From positions 26,850 through 90,849 of the forward strand of contig JAZPYI010000045.1 of NCBI GenBank assembly GCA_045544115.1: a DNA stretch of 64,000 bases. The letters are read 5' to 3'. Under the pieces are notes generated by a model. It had not been told where the DNA came from. It did no database searches and worked only from the letters and a program-made list of their open reading frames with translations. The translations under genes were made by a program, and so were the position numbers. Of the stretch, positions 1-8,197 are shown piece by piece; position 1 is the stretch's first letter; each line of letters starts with the position of its first letter. This stretch comes from Acutalibacteraceae bacterium (GTDB lineage: Bacteria > Bacillota > Clostridia > Oscillospirales > Acutalibacteraceae).

Positions 1-62
1 GTGTAAAAAATAAAGCCCGTATTTTGGGCAACATTAACAAAAATTAATTAACATATAATTTA

Positions 63-92
63 TTGACTGCAACACACATAATTTGATATAAT
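63..92 (+). promoter_or_regulatory. sigmaA-type promoter of cysK
   Basis: TTGACT (63-68), 18 bp spacer, TATAAT (87-92) preceded by TG. Confidence 0.7.
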
Positions 93-108
93 TTACAACG
101 GTGATAAT

Positions 109-1035
109 ATGAAAATTTATAACAATGCGGCAGAAACCATCGGCTGCACTCCTCTTGTTAAATTCGGCGCATATACAGAAAAAGCGGGTATTAATGCAAA
201 TATTCTTGCAAAGCTTGAATACAGAAATCCCGCAGGCAGCGCAAAGGACAGAGTAGGCTTTGAAATGCTTAAATCAGCATGGTCAGATGGTAAAATAAAC
301 GAAAAATCCGTTATAATCGAGCCTACAAGCGGTAACACCGGCATCGGAATCGCCTCAGTAGCGGCACAGATGGGTCTTAAGGTTATAATTACAATGCCCG
401 AAACCATGAGCATTGAACGCAGAAAGCTCCTTTCCGCCTATGGTGCAGAGCTTGTTTTGACCGAAGGAAAAAAAGGAATGGCGGGTGCAATAGAAAAAGC
501 AAACGAGCTTGCCAAGGAAATTCCCGACAGCTTCATTCCCGCACAGTTTGACAATCCCGCAAACTGTGATGCTCACTACAAAACAACAGGTCCCGAGATA
601 TGGAGCGATACCGACGGCACTGTTGATATTTTTGTTGCCGGAGTCGGCACAGGCGGTACAATAACAGGAACCGGCAGATACCTTAAAGAAAAAAATCCCG
701 ACGTAAAAATAATCGCCGTTGAGCCTGCGGATTCTCCGTTTCTTTCTGAGGGCAGAGCAGGTGCGCACGGGCTTCAGGGCATCGGTGCGGGATTTGTTCC
801 GTCGATACTCGACACAAATATTTATGACGAAATCATAACCGTAACAACCGACGAGGCATATGCCGCCGCAAGGCTTGCCGTTAAAACAGAGGGTATTCTT
901 ATCGGAATTTCCTCGGGTGCGGCACTTCATGCGGCAGCAAATGTTGCTTCACGTCCCGAAAACAAGGGCAAAAATATTGTTGTTCTCCTGCCCGACGGCG
1001 GCGAAAGATATCTTTCAACACCTATGTTTGAATAA
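109..1035 (+). CDS. cysK: cysteine synthase A (PLP-dependent O-acetylserine sulfhydrylase)
   Basis: NPAGSAKDR PLP-Lys motif, PTSGNTG, GVGTGGT, QGIGAGF, GISSGA. Confidence 0.95.
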   Translation: MKIYNNAAETIGCTPLVKFGAYTEKAGINANILAKLEYRNPAGSAKDRVGFEMLKSAWSDGKINEKSVIIEPTSGNTGIGIASVAAQMGLKVIITMPETMSIERRKLLSAYGAELVLTEGKKGMAGAIEKANELAKEIPDSFIPAQFDNPANCDAHYKTTGPEIWSDTDGTVDIFVAGVGTGGTITGTGRYLKEKNPDVKIIAVEPADSPFLSEGRAGAHGLQGIGAGFVPSILDTNIYDEIITVTTDEAYAAARLAVKTEGILIGISSGAALHAAANVASRPENKGKNIVVLLPDGGERYLSTPMFE

Positions 1036-1059
1036 TGAAACTTTGAATGGAGATATGAA

Positions 1060-1941
1060 GTGTTAAAAGAACTCAAGAAACTACGAATCAAAAATTTTAT
1101 TCTGCTTACGATTGCAGGCATAGTAAACGCAATCGGAGTTACCATTTTTCTGTATCCCGTCAACCTCTATGACAGCGGAATTTCCGGCACTTCAATGCTT
1201 CTTGCACAAATAACACCCGAAAGGTTTACCCTTTCAATTTTCCTTGTTGCGCTAAACATTCCGCTCTTTATTTTCGGACTGAAAAAGCAAGGTCTGCGGT
1301 TCACCGTTTATGCTGTATATACCGTTTCTGTTTACTCTGTTGCAGCATGGCTGATTACGGATATTCTTCCTGTTGATGTGAGTGTTGCGTCGCCTCTTGC
1401 AGGCACGGATCTGTTGCTTTGTGCTCTTTTCGGAGGCATAATTTCGGGCATCGGCAGCGGCCTTGCAATCCGTTTCGGCGGTGCGATGGACGGAATAGAG
1501 GTTATGGCAGTCATATTCGCAAAAAGGCTGAGCATAACCGTCGGCACTTTCGTTATGATTTACAACGTTGCACTTTATATCATATGCGGCATAGTAATTC
1601 AGAGCTGGATTCTGCCGCTTTATTCCATAGTAACATATGCCGCGGCACTTAAAACAATAGACTATATTGTTGAAGGTATGGACCGTGCAAAGGGCGCAAT
1701 GATAATAACATCAAAGCCCGGTGAAATATGCGCCGTGCTTTCCGAGGTCTTTGAAAGCGGAATGACAAAAATCAAGGCAGAGGGCGGTTATTCAAATACC
1801 GAAAAAACCGTTATATACTTTGTTGTCAACCGTTTTCAGGTTCCGAAGATGCGTGAAATTGTTCATGAGCTTGACCCTGAAGCATATATCACAATCAGCG
1901 AGGTTGCGGATGTTTTTGCTGCAAATCAAGATAAAGCATAA
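1060..1941 (+). CDS. YitT family membrane protein
   Basis: Multi-TM protein with GISG, LNIPLF and GG..DG.E motifs plus C-terminal soluble domain ending DPEAYITISEV. Confidence 0.85.
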   Translation: MLKELKKLRIKNFILLTIAGIVNAIGVTIFLYPVNLYDSGISGTSMLLAQITPERFTLSIFLVALNIPLFIFGLKKQGLRFTVYAVYTVSVYSVAAWLITDILPVDVSVASPLAGTDLLLCALFGGIISGIGSGLAIRFGGAMDGIEVMAVIFAKRLSITVGTFVMIYNVALYIICGIVIQSWILPLYSIVTYAAALKTIDYIVEGMDRAKGAMIITSKPGEICAVLSEVFESGMTKIKAEGGYSNTEKTVIYFVVNRFQVPKMREIVHELDPEAYITISEVADVFAANQDKA

Positions 1942-1945
1942 AATT

Positions 1946-1966
1946 GGGGCTGTTTTTGCAGCCCCT
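1946..1966. terminator. bidirectional intrinsic terminator between convergent genes
   Basis: ggggctg/cagcccc inverted repeat. Confidence 0.6.
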
Positions 1967-1969
1967 TTG

Positions 1970-3268
1970 TTATATTTCCAAATCTCCGTTTGACGGATTA
2001 TCAAGCAATTTTCCGTCATGCGAAAAACGTGAGCCGTGGCACGGGCAGTCCCATGAATGCTCATGCTTATTCCATTTCAGCGCACATCCGAGATGGGGAC
2101 ATCTCGGCTTGGAAAATGTTAATATATTTGCCGCAGATTCACGGATATTATCAAGCAACTGAGGATGACAGATGCTTCTTGACGGATTGAAAATTTTTTC
2201 GTAGCGGTTTTTCTTTTTCAAGATTTCATCGCTGAGTATCATTGCAGAAACCATGGATAAAGTCATACCCCACTTATTAAATCCCGTTGCAGTATACAGA
2301 GTAGGTGTATTTTTTCCGTATCTGCCGATATAAGCCGAGCCGTCAAGGCTTATGCAGTCCTGCGCCGCCCATTTGTATTTTACCGTTGAATAGGGATAAT
2401 ATTTTTCCGCAAAGGCTTCAAGCGGCTTCCATCCGTCTGAGGGTTTGCCTGTTTTATGAGAGCCTCCTCCAAGAAGAAGCAAATCCCCGTAATTCCTGAA
2501 AGAAAACCCGTTGTCGGCTTCGTCAAGATACATTCCGTCAACATTCGCTGCATTTTCAAGAGCAATAACATACGAACGATTCTGGTGCATCTTAAGAAAA
2601 TATCCGCCGTGTTTATTGATAATCGGAAAGTGCGTTGCGACTATGATTTTTTTGGCTTTTATGCTGCCATAGTCGGTAACAACGGTATTTCCCTTAAATT
2701 CTTCGGCAGATGTATGCTCACGAATATTCAAGTTTTTTGCGATTTTCGATGCAAATTTAAGCGGATGAAACTGTGCCTGATTTTTAAATTCCACCGCTCC
2801 CGCAACAGAAATGGGAAGCGGCGCATTATCAACATATGCCGCGGGAATGCCAAGCTCTTTCAACGCATTTATCTCATTCAAAACATTATCATTGCAGCCG
2901 ACGGAATATATATAATTGCTTTTCTCTTCAAAATCGCAGGAAATGCCTCTGCAAAGCTGACGGTATTGCTCTAGTGCCTCTTCATTTGCCTGCCAATACA
3001 TACGGGCATACTCCGGACCGTAAATATCAGTCAGCTTACCGTAAATCAGTCCGTGCTGTGAGGTTATTTTTGCCGTGGTGTTCTTTGTAACACCGCTGCA
3101 GATTTCATTCCTTTCTATAAGGATATAATCTATGCCCGCCTTATCAAGCATAAATGCTGTCAGTATCCCCGCCATTCCTCCGCCTATAATCAGCACATCT
3201 GTTTTTACATCATTCTCAAGCCTCGGAAAAGACGGCATTTTCTGTGTGTTTTTCCATACAGATTTCAT
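1970..3268 (-). CDS. FAD-dependent oxidoreductase with C-terminal Rieske [2Fe-2S] motif (YhfW-like)
   Basis: GGGMAG Rossmann motif; CPHLGC...WDCPCHGSRF Rieske motif. Confidence 0.85.
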   Translation of the reverse strand: MKSVWKNTQKMPSFPRLENDVKTDVLIIGGGMAGILTAFMLDKAGIDYILIERNEICSGVTKNTTAKITSQHGLIYGKLTDIYGPEYARMYWQANEEALEQYRQLCRGISCDFEEKSNYIYSVGCNDNVLNEINALKELGIPAAYVDNAPLPISVAGAVEFKNQAQFHPLKFASKIAKNLNIREHTSAEEFKGNTVVTDYGSIKAKKIIVATHFPIINKHGGYFLKMHQNRSYVIALENAANVDGMYLDEADNGFSFRNYGDLLLLGGGSHKTGKPSDGWKPLEAFAEKYYPYSTVKYKWAAQDCISLDGSAYIGRYGKNTPTLYTATGFNKWGMTLSMVSAMILSDEILKKKNRYEKIFNPSRSICHPQLLDNIRESAANILTFSKPRCPHLGCALKWNKHEHSWDCPCHGSRFSHDGKLLDNPSNGDLEI

Positions 3269-3380
3269 TTCATCACCGAATTTATTATCCGCATTTTAAT
3301 TGCTTTTAGTCAATATGATTGATTACCGGAAAAGTTTCTGCTATAATATAACGCAAATGAAACTACTGGAGTTAATTTTT

Positions 3381-4040
3381 ATGCAGGAATTAATAAAATT
3401 TATTTATACCGTTATTACCGTGATTTCGGTTTTTGCATCATCCCTGTTTTCTCCGGCTGTTATTAATCCTGAAACGGAAGGACTTGATATTTCTTATCTC
3501 GAATATCCTAAGGAAGCAGTATTGACTTTGGAGCAGGCAGGACTTACGGAAAAGGAGTTTACCGAACGGGCGAGTGCAGAGCTTACCGAATATGTTCAAT
3601 CGGGCGGCTATGCAAGATGCTTCGGTGTAACAGGCGAGGTCTGCAAAAAGATTTCAAATATAACCTTCCGTGACAGCGCTGTTATATACCGCGACGGTAT
3701 ATGGGACAACAACCGTATAGGTTCTCTGGTTGTTGTTGCCGAACAATGCTACGGCAGCATTGACGGTATTCTGTTTGAAAACATTGAAATTTTTCGTGAT
3801 GAGGGCAGAGCAATACTCGTAAAAATTTACGACGAGGAAGCAACCGACTTTGAAATCAAAAACATAAAATTTAAAAACATTTCCTATACCTCATATATGC
3901 CGTCAAAAACAGCAGGCACACCAAGCGATACCAACACCGTTCAGGTCACTCTGGAAAATATAAATGCCAACGGTCATTCGGTAAAAAATGCAAATGCGCT
4001 GTTTTCCGTCGGTAAATTCTGCGATGTGACATTTATCTAA
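3381..4040 (+). CDS. exported protein with short pectin-lyase-like beta-helix region
   Basis: RBS ggag before ATG 3381; hydrophobic N-terminus; repeated ITFRD/ILFENIEI/IKFKNIS/VTLENIN rungs. Confidence 0.55.
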   Translation: MQELIKFIYTVITVISVFASSLFSPAVINPETEGLDISYLEYPKEAVLTLEQAGLTEKEFTERASAELTEYVQSGGYARCFGVTGEVCKKISNITFRDSAVIYRDGIWDNNRIGSLVVVAEQCYGSIDGILFENIEIFRDEGRAILVKIYDEEATDFEIKNIKFKNISYTSYMPSKTAGTPSDTNTVQVTLENINANGHSVKNANALFSVGKFCDVTFI

Positions 4041-4054
4041 ACCAAATAAAAACA

Positions 4055-4099
4055 AAAATCCGAACACTCTCTTTAAAATAGGAGATGTGTTCGGATTTT
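4055..4099. terminator. 13-bp inverted repeat (terminator-like) at islet left boundary
   Basis: aaaatccgaacac (4055-4067) / gtgttcggatttt (4087-4099). Confidence 0.6.
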
Positions 4100-4163
4100 G
4101 TATTTTGGTGCGAGTGTTCATAAGGAATAGTTAATTTGAAAGTTACTTTTTCAATAATGTTAT

Positions 4164-4664
4164 TTAATAAGCAGATGAATAGCTTTCAACCAAAACGGTT
4201 ATCTTTTTATCATCTTCAACAGTTAATCGAATATTGAATTTTTCCCTATCTCCATACATTCCGTAATCATCTCTTGGCAAATATGTTCCCTGTGCTTCAA
4301 ATTGATATCCGCCTCTATAATATTCCGAAACGTTAAAAGTACCATATGAAATATTAACAGATGATACACCTGAATTATCACAACACAAATTAACAATTTC
4401 TTGTTTTGCAATATTCTCAGCTGCTTCTCTTGAAATTTTTTCTCCGCTATCATTTGATGATGACACATATGATGAAAGTGCCGCCATATCTTCAGCATCC
4501 GGCAGAAATATACCACCTGCACACATCAGAACTGAAACAATAATTATTATAATTGGTATTTTTTTCTTTTTCTTTCTTATCGCTTGTATTATAAGTATTA
4601 TAAGACCAATTACAAATAAAGGAATACTAATCAAATACAAAATAGCATTAAAATCTAAACCCAT
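4164..4664 (-). CDS. hypothetical membrane-anchored protein (2 N-terminal TM helices, Ser-rich linker, soluble C-domain)
   Basis: 166-aa ORF with gaggt RBS, AT-rich codon usage, two hydrophobic stretches separated by RKKKKK. Confidence 0.7.
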   Translation of the reverse strand: MGLDFNAILYLISIPLFVIGLIILIIQAIRKKKKKIPIIIIIVSVLMCAGGIFLPDAEDMAALSSYVSSSNDSGEKISREAAENIAKQEIVNLCCDNSGVSSVNISYGTFNVSEYYRGGYQFEAQGTYLPRDDYGMYGDREKFNIRLTVEDDKKITVLVESYSSAY

Positions 4665-4763
4665 ATTTATTACCTCTTTTCTATATTCTTTTTATCAAAA
4701 TGAATATTGTGGCTTTTCTTAAACTTCTCCTTTCACAAATCTACACTTTTTATCCCACAAAAT

Positions 4764-4793
4764 AAAAAAGTGCGCCAACCGAAGCCGACGCAC
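4764..4793 (-). terminator. intrinsic terminator of putative sRNA
   Basis: GUGCGUCGGC-UUCG-GUUGGCGCAC-UUUUUU on minus strand. Confidence 0.8.
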
Positions 4794-4970
4794 ATAAAAC
4801 GCAAACTCCGATTGTCGCCAAACAAAACCAGATAAATGGGAATGACTATACATCACACACTATCTGTGAAATTTGCGTTTTTAACAAATTCAAAAATAGT
4901 ATATGATAAGACATAGTATCCCTATAAAAGAAATACCATTCCCGCTACATTTATTTGGTTTTGTTTGGCA
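4764..4970 (-). ncRNA. putative ~205-nt structured small RNA (architecture like skipping-rope / DUF3800-associated motifs; not verified)
   Basis: 22-bp IR 4817-4838/4948-4969 (1 mismatch) extended by gggaatg/cattccc; upstream promoter; downstream cUUCGg terminator with U tract. Confidence 0.6.
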
Positions 4971-4975
4971 TAATC

Positions 4976-5005
4976 AGTATATCACAATTATTCAAGTTCA
5001 TGCAA
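4976..5005 (-). promoter_or_regulatory. sigmaA-type promoter of putative sRNA
   Basis: TTGCAT (5005-5000), 18 bp, TATACT (4981-4976). Confidence 0.55.
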
Positions 5006-5090
5006 TAGTTTGATAAAAAAATCTCACCCGACACCTTTACCGTTTAACTGAATGTGTCATAGTGAGTTAAATGCTTTGATAAAAAGATAT

Positions 5091-5133
5091 AAAAATTGAG
5101 TATTCATAGGCAAATCACTTATGAATACTCAAT
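5091..5133 (-). terminator. terminator of tRNA-Pro
   Basis: Perfect 14-bp IR attgagtattcata (5095-5108) / tatgaatactcaat (5120-5133) with T tract on minus strand. Confidence 0.75.
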
Positions 5134-5134
5134 A

Positions 5135-5210
5135 TGGTCGGAGTGACACGATTCGAACGTGCGACATCCTGCTCCCAAAGCAGGCGCGCTACCAACTGCG
5201 CTACACCCCG
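5135..5210 (-). tRNA. tRNA-Pro (anticodon TGG)
   Basis: CGGGGTG acceptor, GCGC D-stem, CCTGC-TTTGGGA-GCAGG anticodon arm, GCACG-TTCGAAT-CGTGT T arm, encoded CCA; 76 nt. Confidence 0.97.
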
Positions 5211-5248
5211 AAATATTCAGTTGTTATTCGGCACTATGCTTCGATTAG

Positions 5249-5408
5249 CCAAGGCAGGCGCACTACCAACTATCGGTCAGAAACATTGTCGCACCGCACT
5301 GCTCGCTTGGAGCGCTTCGCATTGCTCTGTGTTTCTTCCTGCTCCGCCATTGCCTTCCTCCGCCCCCGGCGGCGGCAATGCCCGAGCCACTACACCCCGA
5401 AATATTCA
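5249..5408 (-). pseudogene. interrupted partial duplicate of tRNA-Pro 5' half with ~118-bp GC-rich insert
   Basis: 5390-5408 identical to 5201-5219; 5249-5271 matches tRNA D-loop/anticodon segment with 2 mismatches; no T arm. Confidence 0.65.
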
Positions 5409-5417
5409 ACTTAATAT

Positions 5418-5446
5418 ATTTTATTCTATTTATCCGATAATGTCAA
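5418..5446 (-). promoter_or_regulatory. sigmaA promoter for tRNA-Pro locus
   Basis: TTGACA (5446-5441), 17 bp, TAAAAT (5423-5418). Confidence 0.75.
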
Positions 5447-5658
5447 TAATTTAATCGGCAATTTTAAAAATTGTGACAATAATTTTTTCGTCAACTCAAC
5501 CAAAAAAGCAAACGATTTTTAGTGTAAAATGTTGTCTTTTAAAAAGGTTTAAGAAGTGTTATAATACACATATGAAATGCGGAAGCTGCGGCTTTCGGAT
5601 TTTCTGTTTATTAAAGCAGCCGCCGATTTTATCAGCCGTTGCCAAAGGAGAAATTATA

Positions 5659-7143
5659 ATGAACAACACCTTTTTCTGTGCAAGGGAAAACGGTAAGCTT
5701 CACCGCCCCAGAACCATACTTACGGGCTTCGGCTTTATGGCTTCCTCAATTGCATGGGCAATCTATGACCCCTACATCACAAAAATTCTTGAAAGACTTC
5801 TCAATGCATCTTCCATGGTTACGGAATGGAGTGCAAAACTCAACGAGATGTTCCCCGTTCTCGCAAAATTTGCGGAATCACAGGGTGAAAACGTTGTTAC
5901 CGAAGCAGGCGGCATAACTCTTGTTCCGCTTTTCATCGGTATCATAATGACATTTGATAACATTTTCGGTGTTATTTTCCAGCCGACCTTCGGTAAGCTT
6001 TCCGACAGATGTCATTCAAAGCTCGGCAAACGCCGTCCCTTCATCGTTTTCGGTGCTCCTGTTTCGGCATTCCTTTTTGCCGTTATTCCCTGGGTTGCAC
6101 TTTCCAACTCTCTTCCCCTTACAATGCTCTTCATCATCCTCTTCGTTTTCTCGATGTCGCTTTGGAGAGCCCCCTGCGTTGCACTTATGCCCGCACTTAC
6201 TCCCCCTTCGCTTCGCAGTGAAGGCAATGCAATCATCAACCTCATGGGCGGTATAGGTTCAGCCCTCGGTATGTTTGCAGGTACAGTTGTAGGTCTTATT
6301 TATACAGGTATTACAGGAATCAAAATTACCACCGAAAACGAGCAGATTGCATTCCCCTATGTATTCCTTCTCGGTGCAATTGTTATGCTCATCGGTATGC
6401 TTGTTGTTCTTTTCTTTGTTAAAGAACCCTCAAGCAAGCTTGAGTCTGTTGCAGCACGCAATCAGGCACTTGACGAAAAAGCAAAAGCAAAGGCTGAAAA
6501 AGCCGCACAGAAGGCTGCAAAAGCAGCGCAGAAGCTTTCAAAGGGCGAAAGAAAGAGCCTTATCTTCATGCTTGGCGGTCTTTTCTTCCTCTTCTGCGGC
6601 ACAAACGCAATTACAACCTTCTTCGCACTTTTCGCAGCCGAAGTTCTCGGCAAAACAACCTCGGAAGCTACCATCATGACCACTCTCTTTGCTGTATGCT
6701 CAGCCATTGCTGCAATTCCCGCAGGCTACATGGGCAAGAAAATCGGCAGAAAGAAAACCATTCTCATCGGTCTTGCCGCATTCATGGGCGCTTTCCTTCT
6801 CTATATCTTAACAAAGAGCACTGCTATTATCTGGGTTGTTCTTGTTCTCGGCGGATTCGCAAATATGTTTATCACGGTTAACACTCTTCCCCTTGTTCTT
6901 GAAATCGGCGGTATTGACAAGGTTGGTACTTTCACCGGTTATTACTACACCGCAACCTTCTCCGCACAGATCGCTTCCCCCATCATTTACGGTGTTGTCC
7001 GTATGCTTTCAGGCACATATATGTCGCTGTTTGTATACAGCCCCGTTATGTTCATGCTCAGCATTCTCTGCATCCTTTTCGTTAAGCACGGCGAAGCAAT
7101 TCCCGAAGAAATGGTTAAGGCTGCAAAGGAAGAAAATGATTAA
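5659..7143 (+). CDS. MFS transporter, GPH/maltose-oligosaccharide permease-like
   Basis: RBS aaaggag before ATG 5659; FGKLSDR..SKLGKRRPF motif A; about 12 TM helices. Confidence 0.8.
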   Translation: MNNTFFCARENGKLHRPRTILTGFGFMASSIAWAIYDPYITKILERLLNASSMVTEWSAKLNEMFPVLAKFAESQGENVVTEAGGITLVPLFIGIIMTFDNIFGVIFQPTFGKLSDRCHSKLGKRRPFIVFGAPVSAFLFAVIPWVALSNSLPLTMLFIILFVFSMSLWRAPCVALMPALTPPSLRSEGNAIINLMGGIGSALGMFAGTVVGLIYTGITGIKITTENEQIAFPYVFLLGAIVMLIGMLVVLFFVKEPSSKLESVAARNQALDEKAKAKAEKAAQKAAKAAQKLSKGERKSLIFMLGGLFFLFCGTNAITTFFALFAAEVLGKTTSEATIMTTLFAVCSAIAAIPAGYMGKKIGRKKTILIGLAAFMGAFLLYILTKSTAIIWVVLVLGGFANMFITVNTLPLVLEIGGIDKVGTFTGYYYTATFSAQIASPIIYGVVRMLSGTYMSLFVYSPVMFMLSILCILFVKHGEAIPEEMVKAAKEEND

Positions 7144-7229
7144 GACTTCTTCCGCCGTTATATGAAACCGCAAGGTATTCCGCAACCTGCGGCGGATGTT
7201 TCGGCAAACATACATCCTTCTATAAAGTC

Positions 7230-7258
7230 AAAAGCACCGGCATTTGTCGGTGCTTTTG
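7230..7258. terminator. intrinsic terminator after MFS gene
   Basis: aaaagcaccg/cggtgctttt inverted repeat. Confidence 0.7.
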
Positions 7259-7331
7259 GCTTTTATTAATGCATTGTTAAGTTTCAAACCCACCCTTGAT
7301 TTTCAGCATACATTATGATAATATAGTATGC

Positions 7332-8165
7332 ATGAAAAACATTAAACATATAAATATAAGATGCATTGTTTCGCTGATGCTTTCTGCGGTGATTCTCTTC
7401 ATGCTTTGCGGATGTTCATCCAAGAATCCCAAAAAACCCGAAACGGCATCAACAACCTCAAATACCGTAACCGTCATGTTCCCCGAGGGAACATCAGTCA
7501 GTCAGATTGCGCTACTTCTTGAGCAAAACGGAGTATGCTCCGCTTCGGAATTTATGGCAGAGGCAAACAACCCGATTAACCTTGAAGGCTTTTCCTTCAC
7601 GATTGAGCATCCCGAAAACCGCGCGTTTTTGCTCGAAGGATATCTGTTCCCCGATACTTATGAATTCTACCGCAACGAAAGTGCCTCATCGGCAATAAAA
7701 AGATTTCTCAAAAACACGGAAGCAAAGCTTACTGCGGAAATACGCGCTGAATGCGATAAGCTTGGATTTTCGCTTGACGAAATACTGACCCTCGCTTCGA
7801 TAATTCAGGAGGAGGCGGGAAATCCGAAGGAAATGGGCAAGGTTTCATCCGTGCTTCACAACAGACTTCAGAGCAGTAAATACCCCAGACTGCAATGCGA
7901 TGTTGCAACATTTTATCTGCGCGATTACGTCAAGCCTTATGTTGACGAAGCCCGCTATGAGGAGCTTGTTGAGCTTTATAACACATATAACTGCGATGGC
8001 TTGCCCGCAGGTCCGATTACAAACAGCGGAATTGATGCCGTAAATGCGGCATTGAATCCCGAAAAAACTGATTGGTATTATTTTGTTACCGACAGCGACG
8101 GTGTTTATCACTATGCCGAAACATGGTCGGAGCATCTTGAAAACTGCGAAATTGCAGGGCTTTAA
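7332..8165 (+). CDS. mltG: endolytic transglycosylase MltG (YceG-like)
   Basis: LEGYLFPDTYEF, LTLASIIQEE, YNTY...GLPAGPITNSG, YYFV motifs. Confidence 0.9.
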   Translation: MKNIKHINIRCIVSLMLSAVILFMLCGCSSKNPKKPETASTTSNTVTVMFPEGTSVSQIALLLEQNGVCSASEFMAEANNPINLEGFSFTIEHPENRAFLLEGYLFPDTYEFYRNESASSAIKRFLKNTEAKLTAEIRAECDKLGFSLDEILTLASIIQEEAGNPKEMGKVSSVLHNRLQSSKYPRLQCDVATFYLRDYVKPYVDEARYEELVELYNTYNCDGLPAGPITNSGIDAVNAALNPEKTDWYYFVTDSDGVYHYAETWSEHLENCEIAGL

Positions 8166-8197
8166 TGCTCTCAGTTATAAATGAAAGGAATTTTATT

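Larger units (their letters stand above)
4106..5134. mobile_element. small AT-rich genomic islet (remnant) at the tRNA-Pro 3' end
   Basis: Visibly AT-richer than flanks; left edge tggtgcgagtg resembles the tRNA end tggtcggagtg (9/11); no integrase present. Confidence 0.5.

Noticed and set aside
5121-5454. ORFs 5121-5414 and 5134-5454
   Set aside because: They are translations of the antisense strand of tRNA-Pro and its interrupted copy.
5473-5658. N-terminal extension of the MFS ORF or a Cys-rich leader peptide (MKCGSCG...)
   Set aside because: A strong RBS supports ATG 5659, and no attenuator terminator follows the putative leader.
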